Source: a virus
Lineage: Duplodnaviria; Caudoviricetes
DNA: 64,000 nt
IMG/VR virus record: IMGVR_UViG_2882674194_000007
Coordinates: 86,196-150,195 of that record
Direction: 5' to 3' (one strand)
In this document: positions 1 to 9,504 of the stretch, one piece after another
How the letters are laid out: every line of letters starts with the position of its first letter
How positions within the stretch are numbered: position 1 is the stretch's first letter
The notes under the pieces: generated by a model
Database searches by the model: none
Told to the model about the DNA's origin: nothing
What the model saw: the letters and a program-made list of their open reading frames with translations, nothing else
Program-made: the position numbers and the translations under genes

Positions 1-210
1 TGTATAGGAAGAAAACATGAGGGTGGAAATGGAAATGCGGCAATGTATTTTTGCAAAATGATAGGCATTGGATAGTGATGAAACTAACATTTTAAGTTGG
101 CGGCTGAAAGTTTGGTGTAAAGAGAAAGTTTTTAATGAAGAAGGTGTGGAATAGCCTAAAGTCATCCAGTTTTGAAAAATTAATTTCAACCGGAGAAAGG
201 GATATATAGG

Positions 211-552
211 ATGAAAAAATCAGAATTGAAATCTGGAATGATTATTCAAACAACGCATAACAGATTTGGTGTAATAGAGTTAGAAAATAATCGTATTGAT
301 ATTTGTTATGACCCAGATTCTATAGATAAAGTTTTAGAAAAGATTTCATTGGATGATATTTTTGAATATGGGGATGGACAATTAGGTATTGGATGTATTT
401 TAGATAAAGAAACAAAAGAGAGTTATCCTAATATGTATCGTAATTATGAAGTTGGCGAAAAGGTTATTTTTTATGAAATTGTAGCAATCTATAATTTGCA
501 ACAAATATATTATAATGGTGAGGGGATATACCCATCAATAAAATTGCAATAA
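211..552 (+). CDS. Hypothetical phage protein
   Basis: 113-aa ORF with RBS, flanked by junction motifs at 173 and 562. Confidence 0.7.
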   Translation: MKKSELKSGMIIQTTHNRFGVIELENNRIDICYDPDSIDKVLEKISLDDIFEYGDGQLGIGCILDKETKESYPNMYRNYEVGEKVIFYEIVAIYNLQQIYYNGEGIYPSIKLQ

Positions 553-594
553 TTATAGGAATGAAAATTTGATTTTGTGGTGTGAGGTGATAAG

Positions 595-951
595 ATGACA
601 GAGAATGAAGCAATCGCAAGAATGAGGTACAGGATAGATACAGCAACAGAAGTAATTGGAAAGGGTTCTGATGGTAAGGCTTATGAGGATATGGAAATGG
701 CAATCAAAGCACTTGAAGAAATTCAACAGTACAGAGTAATTGGGACAGTTGAGGAATGTCGAGAGGCACGGGAAAGGCAGATTGGGAAGAACCCCATAAT
801 TTTAAGTGAGCAATCTGTAGAATCAGAGAGAAAATTATATATAGCAAAGTATTTCAAATGTCCTACTTGTGGAAACACATCTACATATTTCGGAGGACTA
901 CCTAATAATTGTCATAATTGTGGTCAGAGGTTGGAGAGTGATACTACATGA
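595..951 (+). CDS. Phage protein with C-terminal Zn-ribbon
   Basis: CPTCG...CHNCG; GAGGTG RBS. Confidence 0.7.
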   Translation: MTENEAIARMRYRIDTATEVIGKGSDGKAYEDMEMAIKALEEIQQYRVIGTVEECREARERQIGKNPIILSEQSVESERKLYIAKYFKCPTCGNTSTYFGGLPNNCHNCGQRLESDTT

Positions 952-1151
952 TCTACCAAATAGCAGATCAAAAGCATCCATTTATGGGACTATACAACAA
1001 GGTTTGTAAAACCCCTGTTTATTGGTGTCGATTACATCAAGTCTGGTTGTCTGATGATGATGTAAAGAAGAAACAATGTAAATGTAAACAGACTTTTGAC
1101 ATGGTTGGTACATATTGTTGCGGAAATTTAGTCAAGAAATCAATAAAATGA
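948..1151 (+). CDS. Small Cys-rich hypothetical protein
   Basis: ATGA overlap with upstream gene. Confidence 0.6.
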   Translation: MIYQIADQKHPFMGLYNKVCKTPVYWCRLHQVWLSDDDVKKKQCKCKQTFDMVGTYCCGNLVKKSIK

Positions 1152-1214
1152 AACTTTTAAGAGGAGAAAAGAGAAATATTAAATTATAAAACAAAATGAA
1201 AAAGGAGAAAAATT

Positions 1215-1982
1215 ATGTGTAATTTTAAAAGCGGAATTATTTTAAAGAACAAAGTGGTTTTAGCACCAGAAGGAAATGAGAGTCATTCAGATTTATTGGA
1301 GAGTCTTGGTATTGAAGATAATCATATAAATGCAACAAAAACATTTGTAAGAGCAGAATTGATTCCAAAAAACAATGACAAAATGACGGATGTAAAAGAG
1401 TGGAGATATAAAGTTGATCAGGATATTGTACCTGATTGGTATGAGAAAGATCCAGAGAGATATGAAAAGGAATTCAGAGATGCAGTTGAAAAGTATATGG
1501 AAGATTGGAGGAAGAAATTCAAATATATTTGTGGGTATTATTGGACAAGTGTACAGGATGGAGATCGTACATATTATTTTATGAATAGTATCCTTAAAAA
1601 GTCTGAGTTTGGTAAGACAAATAATTACGCAGAATCTTATGTACGCAAGGAGCTTGTTAATAGTGAGTTAGCTGAATCTTTAAAGAAAGAATTTGGAGAC
1701 AAATTACTTCCTATTTCGCTGGATTTGACATCAATGGATGGATTTAAGGATTATGATATGGTAGAAGGCGACATTCTCGCGATTACTAATATTCAGTTGT
1801 TAATGAAATTCGGAGAAAGCATTCCATTGATTGATAATTGGTATTGGCTTGCTACACCTAATCAGACACCCAAAAGAGGAGATGCCCGCTGTGTTCAGTT
1901 TGTTAACTCCTGTGGCTATGTGTGCTACAACGTCTGTGGCTATGACGGGGGCGTGCGTCCGTTTTTTATCCTTAAATCTTAA
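1215..1982 (+). CDS. DGR target protein, C-terminal CLec-type (DUF6273-like) variable domain
   Basis: C-terminus WYWLATP...GVRPFFIL; last ~27 codons match TR. Confidence 0.9.
   Translation: MCNFKSGIILKNKVVLAPEGNESHSDLLESLGIEDNHINATKTFVRAELIPKNNDKMTDVKEWRYKVDQDIVPDWYEKDPERYEKEFRDAVEKYMEDWRKKFKYICGYYWTSVQDGDRTYYFMNSILKKSEFGKTNNYAESYVRKELVNSELAESLKKEFGDKLLPISLDLTSMDGFKDYDMVEGDILAITNIQLLMKFGESIPLIDNWYWLATPNQTPKRGDARCVQFVNSCGYVCYNVCGYDGGVRPFFILKS
1884..1963 (+). repeat. DGR variable repeat (VR)
   Basis: 80-nt ungapped match to 2474-2553; 14 of 16 mismatches are at TR adenines. Confidence 0.95.
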
Positions 1983-2024
1983 ATCTTTGAATCTTGCGAG
2001 AATCTTTCGGATAGCCAGGAATTA

Positions 2025-2043
2025 GGCGCTGCGTAGCAGTGCC
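2025..2043 (+). promoter_or_regulatory. GC-rich hairpin downstream of VR/IMH (DGR target-recognition hairpin)
   Basis: GGCGCTGC-GTA-GCAGTGCC stem-loop ~60 nt after VR. Confidence 0.65.
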
Positions 2044-2083
2044 GTGGCTTGTCGATGAGCGACTGAAAGGAGCGGAGTAGCCA

Positions 2084-2452
2084 GTGAGCGAAGCGAAACT
2101 GGATGTTATTGTAAAATCAATTAATCTTATGGAATATACCATGACAATTACATCAAACCGAAAGAGGTATCCAGTTAAGCATTTGACATTGGTAAAACGC
2201 ATCCAAAATCGCTGTATGGATATATATGAATATTTGCTTGATGCGAATAGGCTGAAATTGGATACTTCAAAATTAGAACGTCAGGAATTACAAACAAAAG
2301 CAATTTCGTGTTGTGATAAATTGTCCTGTTATGTAGAACTTTCTATGAAGTTAAATTTGATTGGAAGTGATACAGTTGAATATTGGCAGAAACAAATAAA
2401 TGATGTGAAATATATGAGCATTGCTTGGCGTTCAAAAGATAAAGAGAGATAA
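2084..2452 (+). CDS. avd: DGR accessory variability determinant (Avd-like four-helix bundle)
   Basis: 122-aa basic helical protein between target and TR; RYP..K..L..RI and W-containing C-terminus typical of Avd. Confidence 0.85.
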   Translation: MSEAKLDVIVKSINLMEYTMTITSNRKRYPVKHLTLVKRIQNRCMDIYEYLLDANRLKLDTSKLERQELQTKAISCCDKLSCYVELSMKLNLIGSDTVEYWQKQINDVKYMSIAWRSKDKER

Positions 2453-2473
2453 TTTTAGGTTGTTTGTTGTATA

Positions 2474-2553
2474 ACCCACTATGTTCAGTACGTTAACTCC
2501 AATGGCAATGTGAACTACAACGACTGTGACTATGACAAAGGTGTGCGTCCGTT
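2474..2553 (+). ncRNA. DGR template repeat (TR)
   Basis: Non-coding, AAY-rich copy of VR; ends GTGCGTCCGTTCTGG (IMH*) vs GTGCGTCCGTTTTTT in VR; flanks 2457-2468 and 2615-2626 are complementary. Confidence 0.95.
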
Positions 2554-2672
2554 CTGGATCGGAAGACGAAAGAAAGTAAGAGAAACACTGAAATTAGAGT
2601 CCCGATATCAAAAGAATAAACAACCTTTCCTAGCTCAAAAATGTCAGGATAAATACAAAGGAACAAAATTTT

Positions 2673-3710
2673 ATGATAGAAGATAAATCAGATTTTGAAA
2701 AAGTAGTAGATTTCGGTAATTTGTATCAAGCATATTTAAAATCTAAATCAGGCAAAGGGTTTTCAAAAAGCAGTCAGAAATTTCAAGTGGCAACTCTTGA
2801 TGGTATCCATCAGATAAAGAGAAGATTAGAAACAAAAACATATCAAGTATCAAAATACAATGAATTTACAATATACGAACCGAAAGAAAGAGTCATTAAA
2901 GCATGTTCGTTTGTAGATAAAATTGTACAACATAGTTTGTGTGATAATGTACTTATTCCCAAATTGAGTAAAGAGTTTATTCAAACAAATTATGCTGGGC
3001 AGATTGATAAAGGTACATTATATGGTTTGGATTGTCTGAAATCACAAATGTATTTAGCATATCAGAAATATGGATATGATTGTTGGATTGTAAAAGCTGA
3101 TATAAGTAAATTCTTTTATAATATTGACCACAATATTTTGAAGGATATTGTTGGTTATTTTATAGAAGATAAGGATGTGTATTGGTTGTGTGAGAAATTC
3201 ATTGATAGTACAGAAGGGTTAGGGCTTCCTCTGGGGAATCAGATTAGCCAAGTGTATGCGCTTTTATATTTATCAGGTTTGGATCATTTTATTACTGGTG
3301 AACTTGGAGTGAAATACTATGGAAGGTACATGGATGATTTTTATTTGATTGTCCAATGTAAAGAATATGCAAAATGGTGTTTATCTGCGATTTATGAATT
3401 TGTATATACATTAGGACTTGAATTAAATGATAAGACACAAATTATTCCGTTTAAGAATGGAATTAAGTTTTGCGGATTTCATACATATGTCACTTTAGAT
3501 GGCAAAGTTATCCGAAAGCTGAAGAACGAAAATAAGCGTGTTGCTAAAAAGAAATTTAAGAAAATGGTTGGATTAGTGAGGTGTGGTAAACTTAGCAAAG
3601 ATAAATTTTATGAGAGTTACAATGCTTGGAAAAATCATATATCACATGGCAATTGTGTGAAATTAGGATATGAGATGGATAGATATGTAGAAGAGTTATT
3701 TGGAAAATAA
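2673..3710 (+). CDS. DGR reverse transcriptase
   Basis: KADISKFF, GLPLGNQISQ and YGRYMDD motifs; 345 aa with no maturase or endonuclease extension. Confidence 0.95.
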   Translation: MIEDKSDFEKVVDFGNLYQAYLKSKSGKGFSKSSQKFQVATLDGIHQIKRRLETKTYQVSKYNEFTIYEPKERVIKACSFVDKIVQHSLCDNVLIPKLSKEFIQTNYAGQIDKGTLYGLDCLKSQMYLAYQKYGYDCWIVKADISKFFYNIDHNILKDIVGYFIEDKDVYWLCEKFIDSTEGLGLPLGNQISQVYALLYLSGLDHFITGELGVKYYGRYMDDFYLIVQCKEYAKWCLSAIYEFVYTLGLELNDKTQIIPFKNGIKFCGFHTYVTLDGKVIRKLKNENKRVAKKKFKKMVGLVRCGKLSKDKFYESYNAWKNHISHGNCVKLGYEMDRYVEELFGK

Positions 3711-3724
3711 AAGAGAGGTTCATT

Positions 3725-4009
3725 ATGAATTACGAGGTAGAAGATCAGTATAACGTTTTTATCAAAGATGTAGAAACAGGTTTACTTTCTCACGAATTAT
3801 ATTTAAGAGAAGACGAGTACGAAGATGAATATTCTCACAGTGTGATTGATAGAGGACATGTATTATTATCTGAAAGAATTAGAAAATATCTACATGATAA
3901 ATTACCCAATCAGTATTGTGTATTTGTAGATTGGTGTGTTCGTGTTATGTCAGTAGAGATGGCAGAAAAGAAAAATATTAGCAATTATAAAAACTATATT
4001 GTTAAGTAG
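3725..4009 (+). CDS. Hypothetical protein
   Basis: 94-aa ORF with GAGG RBS. Confidence 0.65.
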   Translation: MNYEVEDQYNVFIKDVETGLLSHELYLREDEYEDEYSHSVIDRGHVLLSERIRKYLHDKLPNQYCVFVDWCVRVMSVEMAEKKNISNYKNYIVK

Positions 4010-4049
4010 TTGAAACACGAGTTTCATAGATGAGGAGTGAGAAAGATAA

Positions 4050-4541
4050 ATGTTAAAGCCAGCACAATTATATAAAGATGAATTGCAGAAGAGAAACATT
4101 GAAACATGGTATGACCAGAGATATATGTATTATCACAGCGGAACAGGCGCATATGATATTCAGTTTGCGGATAATAATTGCGATAAGCACCAGTTTGTGT
4201 CTGTAGACAAAGATGATAATGTACTTGGTTATATATCTTACAAAATTGATTGGTGCGCTTTAAATGCTGACAACTTTGGAATTATAAGCTATGACATGGG
4301 AAATGTTGAATTTGCAAAAGACTGTTATAAAGTGGTATGTGATTTATTTGAAAAGTATCACATGAATAGAGTTGGATGGTTTGCTTTTGCTGATAATCCT
4401 GCAATTAGAGGGTATAGAAGTTTTATAAAGAAACATGGAGGTAGGGAATGTGCTTATTTGCGGCAGATTTCTAAACTTACAGACGGAAATTTACATGACG
4501 CTGTTGAATTTGAAATATTGGCAGAGGAATTTATTCGATAA
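4050..4541 (+). CDS. GNAT acetyltransferase, RimJ/RimL-like
   Basis: VLGYISY, FEKYHMNRV, ADNPAIRGY, G.LHD...EIL pattern. Confidence 0.6.
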   Translation: MLKPAQLYKDELQKRNIETWYDQRYMYYHSGTGAYDIQFADNNCDKHQFVSVDKDDNVLGYISYKIDWCALNADNFGIISYDMGNVEFAKDCYKVVCDLFEKYHMNRVGWFAFADNPAIRGYRSFIKKHGGRECAYLRQISKLTDGNLHDAVEFEILAEEFIR

Positions 4542-4564
4542 ATCGAAGGTTTCAAGGAAGGAGC

Positions 4565-4801
4565 GTGAGTAATATTAAAGAAAATATGATTAAAACGCAA
4601 ATAGGTAAAAATATATTTCATGAATATGATTCAAATTCACTTTTTGATCGAAATATAGAAGAATTTCATAATATGACAAAAGACCATACTGAAATTTTAG
4701 GTCAATTTCTTGATTTTACAGCAATGAGTATAGAACAACTTAAAGAGTGTTTGTTAAGTGGTTATATACACATGGATAGAGGTAAGTTTATTAGCAGATG
4801 A
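4565..4801 (+). CDS. Hypothetical protein
   Basis: ORF between motifs 4539 and 4799. Confidence 0.6.
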   Translation: MSNIKENMIKTQIGKNIFHEYDSNSLFDRNIEEFHNMTKDHTEILGQFLDFTAMSIEQLKECLLSGYIHMDRGKFISR

Positions 4802-4832
4802 ATGAAACATTTCAACTGAGGAGGTAGATAAA

Positions 4833-5024
4833 GTGAAGCCTTGGGGAGGCAATGAACTTGATTATCGTGGATGTAAAATAAAGAATAATAAAAGAGAAAA
4901 ATGCCTTTATATTTATGATAGTAAAGGAAATTTTCTCTTTAAAGTAGATAATTATAATCATGGAGCCATATCAAGTGCTAAAGAGTCTATTGATATTTTG
5001 ATTAAAAGATATGAACAATTATAG
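4833..5024 (+). CDS. Hypothetical protein
   Basis: GGAGG RBS, GTG start. Confidence 0.6.
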   Translation: MKPWGGNELDYRGCKIKNNKREKCLYIYDSKGNFLFKVDNYNHGAISSAKESIDILIKRYEQL

Positions 5025-5027
5025 AAT

Positions 5028-5138
5028 AGTAAAATAAGCACTCTGATAACTTTGGCGAGCTGCAGAGTGCTTATCCAACACAAAACGGTAATCCGTCTTG
5101 ATGAATCTTATTATAACAATTCTAAAAGACTTATTCAA
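5028..5138 (-). ncRNA. Candidate antisense sRNA with its own promoter and terminator
   Basis: Minus-strand TTGAAT(5138-5133)-17-TATAAT(5115-5110) with extended TG; 12-bp stem ATAAGCACTCTG/CAGAGTGCTTAT followed by a T-tract. Confidence 0.6.
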
Positions 5139-5174
5139 GTCGGTTTTCACTACAAAAATAAAACGGAGGATAAT

Positions 5175-5489
5175 TTGAAATTAGAAAGACGTAAAAGTGT
5201 ATGTGAGGAATACAGATGTGATTTGACTAAAGAATTAGATGATATGTCTGGTATCTCAAAACAACATTATTATGATATGTTCCATCATTATATATTAGCA
5301 GATGAATGGTGTAAAAAAGAAAAATGTCTTGCTATCAGGGTTCCAGGAGGAACAGTTGGTGGTATTCATTTTAATGATAACAATACTATTACCAAAATAG
5401 TAATTGATATAGATTATGTTGTAAAAACATATCCATCTAATGTAAATGATCTAATTCAAAAGTATATTGGAGAAGTAATAGAGTGGTAA
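5175..5489 (+). CDS. Hypothetical protein (start probably TTG after GGAGG)
   Basis: ORF track 5052-5489; RBS GGAGGA at ~5165. Confidence 0.6.
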   Translation: MKLERRKSVCEEYRCDLTKELDDMSGISKQHYYDMFHHYILADEWCKKEKCLAIRVPGGTVGGIHFNDNNTITKIVIDIDYVVKTYPSNVNDLIQKYIGEVIEW

Positions 5490-5596
5490 GCGGTTGAAAT
5501 AAATCTTTCAAAGAAATAGAAATAGTAACTATAAAAACGAAAGGAGTAAGAGGTTTGCTGGCCAGCATGAAAGACTGTCTTTACTCCAAAATGTAA

Positions 5597-7219
5597 TTGA
5601 GAGAAAGAGTAAAATTAACAGCAAATATTTTGTTCTCTGGTATTGGATGCCAGGAACGTGGCTTTAGAGATTCAGGATTATTTGATATAGAAGTGCTAAA
5701 TACATCAGATATAAACAAAGAATCAGTCTTGTCATATGCAGCCATTCATTGTGGAATGACAAATGAAATGGTTGATACATATACAGATTATCCTTCAAGA
5801 GAGGAAATGGCGCAGTATTTAACTGATATCAATTTAGGATATAAACCAGAAAAGGATAAATATTTTGATTGGTTTAAGCTAATAGAGAGAAAGAAAAATG
5901 ATTTAGAGAAGTATTGGTTAGCTTGCAAATTGACACATAATCTTGGAGATATTACTAAAATTGAAGATTTACCATATGCAGATTTTTGTACTGTTAGCTT
6001 TCCTTGCCAGTCGATTTCTGTTGCCGGCAAAATGAAAGGGTTAAAACCAGATAGCGGAACAAGAAGCAGCTTGTTGTGGGATAATATTAGACTTCTAAGC
6101 AAAGCAAAAGAAAATAATAAACTTCCACAATACATAATGTTTGAGAATGTAAAAAATCTTGTAAGCAAGAAATTTATTGCTGATTTTAATGATCTACTGG
6201 ATGTATTAGATGAGTTGGGATTTAATTCTTATTGGTCTGTGATAAACGGAAAAGATTGTGGAATTCCTCAATCAAGAGAAAGAGTATTTGTAATTTCAAT
6301 CAGAAAAGACATTGATAAAGGTAAGTATGAGTTTCCTGTTCCGTTTGATACTGGTATTCGTTTGAAAGATGTTTTAGAGAATCAGGTTGACGAAAAATAT
6401 TATTTACCAGATGAAAAAGTTCAGGAATTTCTTAAAACTATTGATTTATCACAGTTTCGTAAAGAAGATAATAAACTTCATCAACTTGGATATATAAATG
6501 ATTACAATGGAGATGCGAACAGAATATATTCGGATAATGTGGCTAGGACTTTGAAATCTGAAGCTGGTGGAGGGGCAAAAACAGGATGGTATGCAACAAA
6601 AAATGAAATTTTAAAAGTTGGAAAAATTAGTTCGTCTCAGGATGGAATTGTTGCATCGCCAGAGGGAGTATCAAAGACACATACCGCAGGACATAATAAT
6701 ATGCCCAAAATTATTTGTGGAATAGATAAGTCGATTAATGATCCGCAGATACTTGAAAGTGCAAATTGTATAACTTCGAGAGAAGATAGGGGAGTAAGCA
6801 ATAGAAAAGCTGAAGGAACGGCAATACTTGAATATAATACCAATAAAATTCTAGCAATTGGTCAGGTGTCAAATGAAGGATCTCAAGCAGGAAAAGTATA
6901 TAGTATGGAAGGAGTCAGTCAAACTATTTGTGCATGTACACATGGATATGCAATAGGAAATATATTTGATTATACCAGAATTCGTAAATTAACTCCAAGG
7001 GAGTGTTATAGACTTATGGGACTTACATTTGAAGATTGTGACAAAGCTACAGAATTAGGTGTTGTTGATACTCATTTGTATAAGCAAGCTGGCAATGGTA
7101 TAATTACAAATTCCTGCGCATTGTTGGCTGAACATTTATATAAGGCACAATATGATGATACATATATCTGTACAGATGAGAGGTTACAAGGAAATTTTAC
7201 CAAACCACAAGCGGAGTGA
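5597..7219 (+). CDS. dcm: C5 cytosine DNA methyltransferase
   Basis: LFSGIG, FPCQ, ENV, QSRERVF, RKLTPRECYRLMG and YKQAGN motifs; long repetitive variable region. Confidence 0.93.
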   Translation: MRERVKLTANILFSGIGCQERGFRDSGLFDIEVLNTSDINKESVLSYAAIHCGMTNEMVDTYTDYPSREEMAQYLTDINLGYKPEKDKYFDWFKLIERKKNDLEKYWLACKLTHNLGDITKIEDLPYADFCTVSFPCQSISVAGKMKGLKPDSGTRSSLLWDNIRLLSKAKENNKLPQYIMFENVKNLVSKKFIADFNDLLDVLDELGFNSYWSVINGKDCGIPQSRERVFVISIRKDIDKGKYEFPVPFDTGIRLKDVLENQVDEKYYLPDEKVQEFLKTIDLSQFRKEDNKLHQLGYINDYNGDANRIYSDNVARTLKSEAGGGAKTGWYATKNEILKVGKISSSQDGIVASPEGVSKTHTAGHNNMPKIICGIDKSINDPQILESANCITSREDRGVSNRKAEGTAILEYNTNKILAIGQVSNEGSQAGKVYSMEGVSQTICACTHGYAIGNIFDYTRIRKLTPRECYRLMGLTFEDCDKATELGVVDTHLYKQAGNGIITNSCALLAEHLYKAQYDDTYICTDERLQGNFTKPQAE

Positions 7220-7728
7220 ATTCTGCTTGTGGTGAAGAAGATATATTGCTGGCAGCACTTAAATATCAACGCACAGAATACGCAAAGAAAATCAGAAAGG
7301 ACTATGAAGCAGGTAGAATTCAGGAACGTAGATGTAACATGAGAGAATATACTCTTAGGACAGATGGGCTTTGCAATACGATAACTACTGTTACGAAAGA
7401 CAATTATATAGCTGTTGGTGCTGCTATGCGTGGTAGATATAATTCTGATGGAAAAATAGAACAGCAGATAGAAGTAAGAGAAGATGAATTGTCTAATGCT
7501 ATTACAACTGTTCAGAAGGATAGTTTGGTTGTAGAGAAGAAGTCATGACTTGAAAAGAAATATGCAGAATTTTATGAAAAGCATGGTTATATTCCTGAGT
7601 ATTTTGTTCCTTACAATGGAACTGAATGTACAGATTATGCACCAACTTTAACTGCAAATTCTAATACAAGTCCAACACATTCTGGAACAGTTTTGATTAT
7701 GGAGATTGGCAAAGAAAACAAGTCTTAA
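7216..7728 (+). pseudogene. Free-standing MTase variable-region-like ORF interrupted by in-frame TGA at 7546
   Basis: NTITTVTKDN / NAITTVQKDS repeats; frame stays open after the TGA to TAA 7726-7728. Confidence 0.55.
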
Positions 7729-7761
7729 AACCCACGATTCAAGGATGGAGGAGGAAAGAAA

Positions 7762-8085
7762 TTGAAAAAACTTGTTACAACACCGCTCCCTAATACGATT
7801 TGGTGGGCGAATGTAAATGAAGAAAAAGGAATTATAACTGGTGATAAAAAAGATGTTACTGATAATGCTATTGATGCTGTTTTTCAGCACTTAATAGGAC
7901 AAGAAAAATTCAAGGAAACTGGATTTACTGGTTATCAAATACCCAAAAAGAATAGTGAAGAATATATAACTATGGCAGTTTTTAAGAGTAATACTCATGT
8001 GTGTCTCACAAAAGAAGTGTATGAGGAACTGAAGAATTATATGAGAATGTATGATGAATTGGTGACAAAAACAGGAATTACATAA
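7762..8085 (+). CDS. Hypothetical protein
   Basis: Between motifs 7726 and 8093; strong RBS. Confidence 0.7.
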   Translation: MKKLVTTPLPNTIWWANVNEEKGIITGDKKDVTDNAIDAVFQHLIGQEKFKETGFTGYQIPKKNSEEYITMAVFKSNTHVCLTKEVYEELKNYMRMYDELVTKTGIT

Positions 8086-8133
8086 ATAGTCTTGAAATCT
8101 GCGATTTATCGTGTGTGGAGGTGAATTTAGTGG

Positions 8134-8427
8134 ATGGACATTACAGAACATGCAGAACAAAGACTGAAAGAAAGATGTGGATTTGTCAAAAAATCACGAG
8201 ATAGAATGGCAGAGAAAGCGTTTAATGAAGGAATAACTCACAGTCAAACAAAAGGGAGACTAAACAAGTGGATCACAAGTTTATATTTTAAAAACTGTGC
8301 TGCAAACAACATTAGAATTTATGGAGACAATGCGTACATATTTTGTGGAGAAACACTTGTAACGATTATTCCTGTACCTGTCAGTTTGAAAAAAGATATG
8401 AACAAGATGATTAAGGTGAAGGGATAG
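8134..8427 (+). CDS. Hypothetical protein, possible RelE/DUF4258-like RNase fold
   Basis: N-terminal ITEHAEQRLKER and C-terminal LVTII. Confidence 0.4.
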   Translation: MDITEHAEQRLKERCGFVKKSRDRMAEKAFNEGITHSQTKGRLNKWITSLYFKNCAANNIRIYGDNAYIFCGETLVTIIPVPVSLKKDMNKMIKVKG

Positions 8428-8434
8428 ATAAACA

Positions 8435-9076
8435 ATGAAGAAATTAAAAAATAAAACACTACAAGCATTTTTAGATAATCTTGTAGAAGCATTAAAAGAC
8501 GAAAATGAAAATAGGGGATGGGATAATAAAAATGAAGAAAATAAGGAATCAATTTTTGATATTCCATTTTTAGTATCTTCTTTGTGGCAAGCATTTAGAG
8601 AAAAACTAGATACATATACAGATTTTATTAAATGTTTAAATCATACATTCTACCAAATTCATATTGTAAAATCGGATGATAATTATTATGGAATCTGTAA
8701 AGCCATAGTAACTTTTTATGATTCAAAAGAAACTAAAGATTTTCAGTATGAAATAGATTTTTTGTACAATCAGAGAGATTGGGGATATTGTCAATGTACT
8801 CCTGACATGAAAGATTATCGTGAAGACAAGCATTGTTGCGGTCATGGTTGTGACTGGTGGGCACCATCTTTTGAAATTAGGAAAAGCTATCGCATTAACA
8901 TTCAATCATGGGATGGTGATGAACACGATTATTGGGATTTTGAAGATGAATTTTATTTGAGCGATAAGGAACTTGCTGAGAAAAAGGAGAATGAAGATAG
9001 AGAAAGAGAGATTTGGGAATTAAAGAGTAGAATTGAAGCGGATCAGAAACGATTGGCTGAGTTGGAGAATAAATAA
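8435..9076 (+). CDS. Hypothetical protein
   Basis: 213-aa ORF with Cys/His cluster. Confidence 0.7.
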   Translation: MKKLKNKTLQAFLDNLVEALKDENENRGWDNKNEENKESIFDIPFLVSSLWQAFREKLDTYTDFIKCLNHTFYQIHIVKSDDNYYGICKAIVTFYDSKETKDFQYEIDFLYNQRDWGYCQCTPDMKDYREDKHCCGHGCDWWAPSFEIRKSYRINIQSWDGDEHDYWDFEDEFYLSDKELAEKKENEDREREIWELKSRIEADQKRLAELENK

Positions 9077-9504
9077 TGCGCAGAAGAATAACGGGAAATA
9101 TTTGTACTGGTCTTGGTAATCCATCACCAGTAATTTTTGACAACGGATGGACAGGTAATGAAAAGTTCAATGAGACTGCGAAGCTATTTTTTGAAGACGC
9201 TCTAAATTCATTAAAAGACGAAACTGTCAATGATGTTGGCGGTTTCGATTTTAAAATAGAATTAGAAGATAACAGATTTAGAATCTTATTTGGTATTGAA
9301 CCATCATATATGTATGATCCGTATATTTGTTATTACTTCGATAGCCAAAAAGAGAAAAGTTATATACATAAGGGACAGGCACTTGGATATTATGGTGCTG
9401 ACATCAAAATTAAATCGAAGAAAAATTATAAAAAATGTGACAAAGAATTTAAAGAATGTATAGATGAGCATTGGGATAATTTGATGAGGTGTTTAAGTGA
9501 ATAA
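9076..9504 (+). CDS. Hypothetical protein
   Basis: Coupled to upstream stop. Confidence 0.65.
   Translation: MRRRITGNICTGLGNPSPVIFDNGWTGNEKFNETAKLFFEDALNSLKDETVNDVGGFDFKIELEDNRFRILFGIEPSYMYDPYICYYFDSQKEKSYIHKGQALGYYGADIKIKSKKNYKKCDKEFKECIDEHWDNLMRCLSE

Larger units (their letters stand above)
1215..3710 (+). mobile_element. Diversity-generating retroelement (target-VR, avd, TR, RT)
   Basis: VR/TR pair with adenine-specific differences, Avd-like ORF and RT in canonical order. Confidence 0.95.

Noticed and set aside
2673-3710. RT as group II intron, retron or Abi RT
   Set aside because: TR/VR pair, avd and the LGNQISQ signature identify a DGR; no intron or msr-msd features seen
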